Origin: Octopus sinensis
Taxonomy: Eukaryota
DNA: 6,988 bases
Reading direction: 5' to 3'
NCBI RefSeq assembly: GCF_006345805.1
Contig: NW_021829226.1
Span: forward strand, 1 to 6,988
The position numbers and the translations under genes are program-made. Each line of letters opens with the position of its first letter. Position 1 is the stretch's first letter. Below are positions 1 to 6,893 of the stretch, piece by piece. The notes beneath the pieces were generated by a model. That model did no database searches. It was given only the letters and a program-made list of their open reading frames with translations, and was not told the origin of the DNA.

Positions 1-130
1 AGAAGAAGAAGAAAAAAGAAAGAAGAAAGAAAGAAAGAAAGAAAAGAAGAAGAAAGAAAGAAAGAAAGAAGGAGGAAAGAAAAAGGAAAGAAAGAAAGAA
101 AGAGAGAAAAAAGAAAGAAAGAAAGAAAAA

Positions 131-174
<44 letters not shown>

Positions 175-195
175 ATGAAAGGAAAAAAGAAAGAA
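1..195 (+). repeat. (GAAA)n/(GAA)n polypurine microsatellite, runs off the window start
   Basis: Almost purely A/G, with long perfect GAAA runs (about 130-176). Confidence 0.97.
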
Positions 196-347
196 GGGAT
201 GGATGAACCACATCCACTCCCTTCGTCCACATCTCATTCCCTGATTCTCCACCCCGACCCCGCCGCAATCTCAATAAGTCTATACGCTTTATTACAGTAC
301 ATATTTAGTCCCGGATGATGCCTATCCGAACTTGGTATTGGTTCCAT

Positions 348-408
<61 letters not shown>

Positions 409-430
409 AAGTAGTAGTAGAAGTAGTAGT
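348..430 (+). repeat. (TAG)n microsatellite with two GAA interruptions
   Basis: Direct reading; source of the poly-Tyr and poly-Leu ORFs. Confidence 0.97.
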
Positions 431-483
431 GAGAGTGATATCTTCCAAACTGTATATCGACAAAAATAAGATATGATGTGCCT

Positions 484-632
484 AACACACACGCGTGCAC
501 ACAAACATACACACGCACACACACACACACACACACACGCACACACAAGCAAACACAAACACACACAGGCATACATACACCCACCACCCATCCGCCACCC
601 CTACACACGCGTATATATATAGTGTGTGTGTA

Positions 633-680
<48 letters not shown>

Positions 681-697
681 TATATCTATGTATGTAG

Positions 698-730
<33 letters not shown>

Positions 731-1130
731 GTATATTCGTGCATACATGCATATATACATACGTAGAAATACGTACCTACATGCATATACATACGTACAT
801 GCATACATAAATACATATATACATACATGCCTACATGCATACATACACACATACATACACACATACATACATACATACATGCATACATATATACATACAT
901 ACTTATCACATACATACATACACACATACACATACATACATGCATACACATACATACATACATACATACATACATACACACATACGTGCATACACATACA
1001 TACATACATACACACATACATGCATAAATACATACATACATACATGCATACATACATACATACATACATACATACATACATACATACATACATACATACA
1101 TACATGGAAATATATACAAACAAATATACA
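484..1130 (+). repeat. Compound microsatellite: degenerate (CA)n, (TA)n at about 635-678, long degenerate (TACA)n
   Basis: Direct reading; generates all HT/YI/CMYV-repeat ORFs in 234-1224. Confidence 0.96.
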
Positions 1131-2011
1131 TGCTTGCAGGCTTACACGTAAGTGTATGTATGTTAATAGTAAAAGCAGTCGAAAGGAAAAGTACTCAATG
1201 TCACCGAGTAGAGCATTAATTTAATTTGGTTGGCTGAAATCAGGAATGGCGACCGACTACTAATAGTTTCCTTGAGTGGTAACCACGCAGTTCATTAGGT
1301 CGCCATCCTGAAATAAACTTCAAAACTATCAATGTAAACGCAAAACAGTGCAAGTCTGGTTTTGATCTCTCATTATCGCAGACATTAAAGAGAGAGGCTT
1401 CTATATTTAAAACAAGAACAATCAAGAGAATGTATTCTCGGGAGATCAAGCTTGGAAATGAGGTAACCTGCATTCTCAATACGGGAACAGAAATTTGACA
1501 CAAAAATCCGACACACGAAATACTTAATATAAGATTGATTGCTGAATGAATACAAGGAGGGAATTTACAAAGGGGAAGGTTATCACATTGATATTGTTAC
1601 ATGTTCTATTCTCGGTGCATTGATTAACTTGCAGCTCGTAAATTTAGGGCATATACAAGGCAGATTCAAAATGGTGTGGAATGGCATAGATTGATGGTAC
1701 AAAGCAGATTCGAGATGATGTGAAATTACATAGAATTTATGCGTGTATGCTACAAAACTACTATTCTTCGGTATATTGATCTGGCTGCAGACATTCTACT
1801 ATATTTGTAGATTGCTCATGCCTTAATCATAATATGAGGCACAGCTTCTATCATTTAGCCAGAGGTACACGTATGTTAGCTTTAGATACTTTATTGTGCT
1901 TAAACATCTGTGACTGTATGTTACCCAGACAGCTATAACTTACTTTCACTGGATTATTATTAAAGATTTTGTTACATGCATAGGATATGAATAAGTAGGT
2001 ATCAATATATG

Positions 2012-2223
2012 TTTCTTTATTACCCACAAGGGGCTAAACATAGAGAGGACAAACAAGGACAGACAAACGAACTAAGTCGATTACATCGACCCCAGTGCGT
2101 AAATGGCACTTAATTTATCGACCCCAAAAGGATGAAAGGCAAAGTCGACCTCGGCGGAATTTGAACTCAGAACGTAACGGCTACGCATTTCGCCCGGCGT
2201 GCTAACGGTTCTGCCAGCTCGCC
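2012..2223 (-). mobile_element. tRNA-derived SINE, family A, monomer on the minus strand (octopus OR/OK-type; exact family name uncertain)
   Basis: Reverse complement aligns along its length to the plus-strand copies at 2828, 3676 and 4659. It has an A-box-like TGGCAGAACCG, a B-box GTTCAAATTC and the tail GTGGGTAATAAAGAAA, with a 14-bp internal deletion. Confidence 0.93.
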
Positions 2224-2827
2224 AATGTTCAGAAGCTCCCAGCTACGCTCTTACTATATGAGGAATCGAACCATATAATTTTCTTATTCCAGCCATTCGT
2301 GAGTTTAATTGGAAAGATGTTCATACAATCTATAATCAAATGACAGTCTTATCGAATATGTTCTTACCCAATAATAATTTTCAGATGCACCTAGTGATAT
2401 CAGCAACTGTGTGTTTGATGATCCCTGATTGGTAATTGGTACCTTTATTCACATAGATTGAATATGAAAGAAAAACAATGTGATTGAGGATTGAAATTTT
2501 AGAATATACAGTTATGTACTGAATGAGTTAAAAAAAATAAAAGCTTTAAAATGTATAGCAGTTTATTGAGGAGCAAAACAAGTTAAGTAAAACAGATTCT
2601 GAAACAAATATTTCACGTATACCTGATAGATATATAAGTTTTACGTTTTAGAGTCAAAGTTTATCGATAAACTCATATTCTTTAAAAACATTTACATAGC
2701 TTTCGCTTAACGTGTACAAGTTGTACAACATAGGTGAAGAAGTGGATGTAAAACAAATTAATCGTTTTAAGATATTCATATTGTTTTTAAATTTTCGATT
2801 CCGTAATGCAATATTTAAATTAACCCA

Positions 2828-3400
2828 GGCGGTGACCTGGCAGACACGTTAGCACGCCGGGCGAAATGCGTAGCCGTATTTCGTCTGCCGTTACGTTCTG
2901 AGTTCAAATTCCGCCGAGGTCGACTTTGCCTTTCATCCTTTCGGGGTCGATAAATTAAGTACCAGTTACGCACTGGTATCGATGTAATCGACTTAATCCG
3001 TTTGTCTGTCCTTGTGTGTCCCCTCTATGTTTAGCCCCTTGTGGGTAGTAAAGAAATAGGTATTTCGTCTGCCGTTACGTTCTGAGTTCAAATTCCGCTG
3101 AGGTTGACTTTGCCTTTCATCCTTTCGGGGTCGATTAAATAAGTACCAGTTACGCACTGAGGTCGATATAATCGACTTAATCCCTTTGTCTGTCCTCTCT
3201 GTGTTTATCCCCTTGTGGGTAGTAAAGAAATAGGTATTTCGTCTGCCGCGACATTCTGAGTTCAAATTCCGCCGAGGTCGACTTTGCCTTTCATCTTTTC
3301 GAGGTCGATAAATTAAGTACCAGTGAAACACTGGCGTCGATATAATCGACTATCCTCCTCCCCAAAATTTCAGGCCTTGTGCCTATAGTAGAAAGGATTA
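2828..3400 (+). mobile_element. Family A SINE multimer: one head plus three body units starting at 2876, 3060 and 3234; the last unit has a different 3' tail
   Basis: GTATTTCGTCTGCC...GAGTTCAAATTCC...GTCGACTTTGCCTTTCATC recurs with periods of 184 and 174 bp. Confidence 0.93.
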
Positions 3401-3415
3401 CATATAAATTTGATG

Positions 3416-3438
3416 GGCGGCGAGCTGGCAGAAACGTT
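3416..3438 (+). mobile_element. Isolated family A SINE head fragment (A-box part only)
   Basis: GGCGGCGAGCTGGCAGAAACGTT is identical to the head at 4659-4681. Confidence 0.85.
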
Positions 3439-3675
3439 TTAAATCTTTAAATCTTTCACGAAGAGAACTAAGAAAAAGCATTGAACAAAAAAAAAAACCA
3501 AAAAAAAACAGAGGGTAACAAAATTAATTTCATCGACCAGAGGAAAAATGTCATTTCCCTCGGTCCCCTAGTCATAGTAGCGAAGACAATTACTTTTAGT
3601 TTTGGCCTATAATTTCCGCAGCAAAAAAAAAAAAAAGAAGAATGTTTCGGGCTTCTGTGTGGTAAAAACCATCGA

Positions 3676-3910
3676 GGCGGCGAGCTGGCAGAAACGGTAG
3701 CACACTGGACGAAATGCTTAGCGGTAATTCGTCTGCCGTTACGTTCTGAGTTCAAATTCCGCCGAGGTCGACTTTGCCTTTCATCCTTTCAGGGTCGATT
3801 AAATAAGTACCAATTACGCACTGGGGTCGATGTAATCGACTTAATCCCTTTGTGTGTCATTGTTTGTTCCCCCTATGTTTAGCCCCTTGTGGGCAATAAA
3901 GAAATAAGAA
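3676..3910 (+). mobile_element. Family A SINE, full monomer
   Basis: A-box-like TGGCAGAAACG at 3686-3696, B-box GTTCAAATTCC at 3750-3760, tail GTGGGCAATAAAGAAATAAGAA. Confidence 0.93.
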
Positions 3911-4061
3911 GCTTGCTTCCCAACCACATAGTTCTCAGTTCAGTCCCACTGTGTGCTGTCTTGGGCAAGTGTCTTCTACTGTAGCTTCGGGCCGACCAAA
4001 GATTGTGAGTGGATCTGGTAGACGGAAAAATCAAAGACTTTTGTGCGTATATGTGTGTGTG

Positions 4062-4121
<60 letters not shown>

Positions 4122-4365
4122 TGTGTCTGTGTGTGTCTGTGTGTGTCTATGTTTGTCCTCACCACCGACTGACATGTTTGCGTTGGCATGTTCACGTTTC
4201 CGTAATTTAGTGTTTCGTCAAATGTCACCGATATAATAAGTACCAGATTTAAATGATAAATAAGAACTAGGGCCTATTCATTCGACTAAAACTTCTTCAA
4301 GGCAGTGCCCCAGCATGGCCGTAGTCCATTGACAGAAAGAAGTAAAAGATAAAAGATAAAAGATA
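3905..4365 (+). mobile_element. Second SINE, family B (tRNA-derived, CORE-like, probably octopus OR2-like), lacking its 5' A-box region
   Basis: B-box-like GTTCAGTCC at 3938-3946; CTTGGGCAAGT at 3960-3970 matches the CORE-SINE central motif; internal (GT)n; ATAAGTACCAG...TTCGACTA segment similar to family A; (TAAAAGA)3 tail at 4343-4363. The family name is from recognition, not a search. Confidence 0.8.
4052..4146 (+). repeat. (GT)n microsatellite inside the family B SINE
   Basis: Direct reading. Confidence 0.96.
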
Positions 4366-4658
4366 TGCGTATGTCTGCATATGAATGTGAACGAATCGAT
4401 ATGCGTTAAGCGACTGGTCAGAACTCCAGCTGGGCCAGATCTGTACTAACTGACATGGCAGGACATGTGACGCTTCACATCTGACTCATGAGAAAACACC
4501 AAGATATCTAATAAAACCAGCTTCTTAAACAAGAACCTCCACATCTTGCATGCTTCATGTTATTCCTGTATCTATCAGCTGACAACCGTTTAAGAGTAAA
4601 TATTTCTGGCATTAGTCTAAGTGGCCTCGACACCCTTGCTGTTGCTATGGATACAAAA

Positions 4659-5268
4659 GGCGGCGAGCTGGCAGAAACGTTAGCGCGCCGGGCGAAATGC
4701 TTAGCGGTATTTCGTCTGTCGTTACGTTCTGAGTTCAAATTCTGCCGAGGTCGACTTTGCCTTTCATCCTCTCGGGGTCGATAAATAAAGTACCAGTTTC
4801 GCACTGGGTCGATGTAATCGACTTAATCCCTTTGTCTGTCCTTGTTTGTCCCCTCTGTGTTTAGCCCCTTGTGGGTAATAAAGAAATAGAAATAGGTATT
4901 TTGTCTGTCGTTACGTTCTGAGTTCAAATTCTGCCGAGGTCGACTTTGCCTTTCATCCTCTCGGGGTCGATAAATAAAGTACCAGTTTCGCACTGGGTCG
5001 TGTAATCGAATCCTTAATCCCTTTGTCTGTCCTTGTTTGTCCCCTCTGTGTTTAGCCCCTTGTGGGTAATAAAGAAATAGAAATAGGTATTTTGTCTGTC
5101 GTTACGTTCTGAGTTCAAATTCTGCCGAGGTCGACTTTGCCTTTCATCCTTTCGGGGTCGATAAATTCAGTACCAGTTTCACACTGGGTCGATGTAATCG
5201 ACTTAATCCTTTTGTCTGTCCTTGTTTGTCTCCTCTACGTTTAGCCCCTTGTGGGTAGTAAAGAAATA
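4659..5268 (+). mobile_element. Family A SINE multimer: head plus three body units (4706, 4895, 5086) with a 12-bp TSD
   Basis: Periods of 189 and 191 bp; TATGGATACAAA at 4646-4657 and 5269-5280. Confidence 0.95.
4669..4742 (+). promoter_or_regulatory. Internal type-2 Pol III promoter of the SINE (A-box-like 4669-4679, B-box 4733-4742)
   Basis: TGGCAGAAACG and GTTCAAATTC resemble tRNA A and B box consensus; activity unknown. Confidence 0.6.
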
Positions 5269-5294
5269 TATGGATACAAACCCTTCCTATAAAC

Positions 5295-5503
5295 TAGTGG
5301 TTCCAAAACTTATTTGGGCTGCTGCCCCCTTGCACCCAGACCACATGAGGGATGCCCCACCCTAACCTAACTTAACCATTATTTTGTCTGCATTTCCGTC
5401 CATCGTTCCTTTTTGGCTACCCTATTATGGCCCCCACTTTTCTTCAACTGAATATTTCAACTGCCCCCAGGGGGAGTAGTACCGACCACTTTGGGAATCA
5501 CTG
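5295..5503. mobile_element. Non-autonomous hAT transposon (MITE), 209 bp
   Basis: Ends TAGTGGTTCCAAAA and TTTGGGAATCACTG match at 11 of 14 positions as inverted repeats, of the CAGTGGTTCCCAAA hAT/Charlie type. 8-bp TSD CTATAAAC (5287-5294) vs TTATAAAC (5504-5511). Confidence 0.85.
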
Positions 5504-5543
5504 TTATAAACCAACCCAGCAACGTGTGGAATGACTGCGAATA

Positions 5544-5568
5544 TGTGTGTGTGTGTGTGTGTGTGTGT
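5544..5568 (+). repeat. (TG)n microsatellite
   Basis: Direct reading. Confidence 0.95.
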
Positions 5569-5814
5569 ATCATGGTCAGGTCCCTTTCGAGTGCTACTGG
5601 TAACATGTAACCCAGTGCCACCTGTTGCATGGTCGGGTCGTCGGCGACTAAACCGGCAACCCCACCAAGCTTGCTTGGTGAGGAGGGTGTTTATTGGACA
5701 CCCTGCGAGATGAAAAACAAAACCCGTCAAAGGGCGGAGGAACTCTTGAGAGTCAACGGCCATCCAATAAATGTCTTAAGGCTGTATCATGCGCGGGGAC
5801 ATAGAAATAATCGA
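5569..5814 (+). mobile_element. Probable 5' UTR fragment of an RTE-clade LINE, or a short non-autonomous derivative
   Basis: GC-rich island with consecutive hairpins. The motifs GTCGTCGGCGACTAA, TGGTGAGGAGGGTG, GTCAAAGGGCGGA and GTCAACGGCCATCC resemble RTE-clade 5' leaders as I recall them. No endonuclease or RT coding sequence follows. Confidence 0.55.
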
Positions 5815-5896
5815 TGTATGTATGTATGTATGTATGTATGTATGTATGTATGTATGTATGTATGTATGTATGTATGTATGTATATATGTATGTATA
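5815..5896 (+). repeat. (TGTA)n microsatellite
   Basis: Direct reading; ends in the TA target of the adjacent transposon. Confidence 0.96.
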
Positions 5897-6682
5897 CAAT
5901 GTGCAGTGAATAAATTGTCGTGTAAATTATGCAAAATTGAAAATAACACTGACAGCTCATTTTAACAGATATTTACCAAAATTACATAAAAATATCTTGA
6001 AATACTAAAGAGTAAAACTATTCAATAAAATCGCCATTCATTTCAACCACGGCCTCCAGACGACTTCGGAATCTCCTGCAACTCTTCTGGATCGTTTCCT
6101 TGTTTAAGTTGGTGAAAGCTGCCATAATCCTTGCCTTCGGTTCATTTTTGGTGTTACAACTTTTGTTGATCTCCCGCTCAATTGCGCCCCACACATAATA
6201 ATCAAGGGGGTTGCAGTCTGGGTGGTTAGGTGGCCAGATGTTAGGGGTGATGTGGTCGCAGAAATTGTTTGACAGCCATGACTGGGTTCTCCTGCTTGTG
6301 TGACATTGTGCAGAGTCTTGTTGCCAGACATAGGGTCTTCAAGCAACCTCCCTCTTGACCCAAGCTAGCACTACGTCCTCCAGGCACTTGATGGAGGCCT
6401 CCATAGCGTCTCTATCACGAGTGATCACTCCAAACACCATGATGTTGACTGGATGTTTGATTTTTATCACTCTTTGCACTGTCCTCAGATTGACAGATGC
6501 CAAGCAGTATAGCATGTCGTTTCGAAGTTTCTGGTAGAGAGAATTTCGTCATTGTGCTGTTTTTCTCACAGACGGTGCCTAACTGACCCTACTATATAGT
6601 GTAGTCGCCAAAATCAAAAACAACAATGCACATGCGTGAGATTAAAATTATAAAATGGCGACAAATTACCCATAGCAACCTG
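5897..6682 (-). mobile_element. Internally deleted IS630-Tc1-mariner element, DD37D (maT) family, 786 bp
   Basis: TA at both ends (5895-5896, 6683-6684). Imperfect 24-bp TIRs, CAATGTGCAGTGAATAAATTGTCG vs CAGGTTGCTATGGGTAATTTGTCG (16/24). Transposase remnant inside. Confidence 0.88.
6018..6552 (-). pseudogene. Decayed DD37D transposase
   Basis: ATG at 6552 gives MTKFSLPETSKRHAILLGI. After a frameshift it reads VNLRTVQR-VIKIKHPVNIMVFGVIT...KCLEDVVLAWVKREVA*RPYVWQQDSAQCHTSRRTQSWLSNNFCDHITPNIWPPNHPDCNPLDYYVWGAIERE...RLEAVVEMNGDFIE*. There are exactly 37 residues between the Asp at 6317-6315 and the Asp at 6203-6201. In-frame TGA at 6341-6339; the first catalytic Asp region is missing. Confidence 0.92.
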
Positions 6683-6704
6683 TATGTATATATCTATATA
6701 TATA

Positions 6705-6785
6705 TCACGTGATCACGTGACCGACCAGACCATCAGATGTTGTTACACATTGCTGGTCACAATGCGTTCGCATTGTTTTAGCCTT
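6705..6785. repeat. Probable fragment of an unclassified interspersed repeat
   Basis: Begins abruptly after a TA run with TCACGTGATCACGTGACCGACCAGACCATCAGATGTTG. It looks familiar as an octopus repeat start but I cannot classify it. Confidence 0.35.
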
Positions 6786-6893
6786 GTATATCTTACGCAC
6801 ACGAGGAGTCGAGTTTTTATGAAAAATGTCCAGTTCTTGCTTTAGAAAAATGTCCAGTTCCAGGCGATATATTTGTATATATATATATATATA

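Noticed and set aside
234-1224. Many long ORFs on both strands (up to 218 aa)
   Set aside because: They are translations of (TAG)n, (CA)n, (TA)n and (TACA)n, which lack stops in several frames.
1240-1503. 87-aa minus-strand ORF
   Set aside because: No recognisable motif, and the length is compatible with chance.
3655-3665. CTGTGTGGTAA as the displaced A-box head of the family B SINE, split by the family A insertion
   Set aside because: Only about 11 nt of similarity, 10 unexplained bases before the family A start, and no TSD.
3686-3760. tRNA gene
   Set aside because: A and B boxes are present but too far apart, with no cloverleaf; this is a tRNA-derived SINE head.
4579-4657. Possible exon after TCTATCAG (ADNRLRVNISGISLSGLDTLAVAMDT) interrupted by the SINE
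   Set aside because: No recognisable homology and no donor site; the reconstructed empty site reaches a stop within a few codons.
2993-5268. ORFs with repeated RPRKDERQSRPRRNLNSE or CVCV peptides
   Set aside because: Antisense reading of SINE bodies and of (GT)n; the repetition comes from SINE units.
2876-5268. Regularly spaced repeats as a CRISPR-like array or retron-type system
   Set aside because: Units are ~185-bp SINE bodies with no unique spacers, there are no cas or RT genes, and the context is eukaryotic.
5569-5780. Canonical HDV-like, twister or hammerhead ribozyme assignment
   Set aside because: Manual fits failed: too little room for P3/L3/P1 before CUAA, twister motifs in the wrong cyclic order, and no CUGANGA core. 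Kept only as an open hypothesis.
6104-6537. ORFs 6104..6346 (-) and 6355..6537 (+)
   Set aside because: Off-frame and antisense to the real transposase frame, which has a stop at 6341-6339 and was missed by the ORF track.
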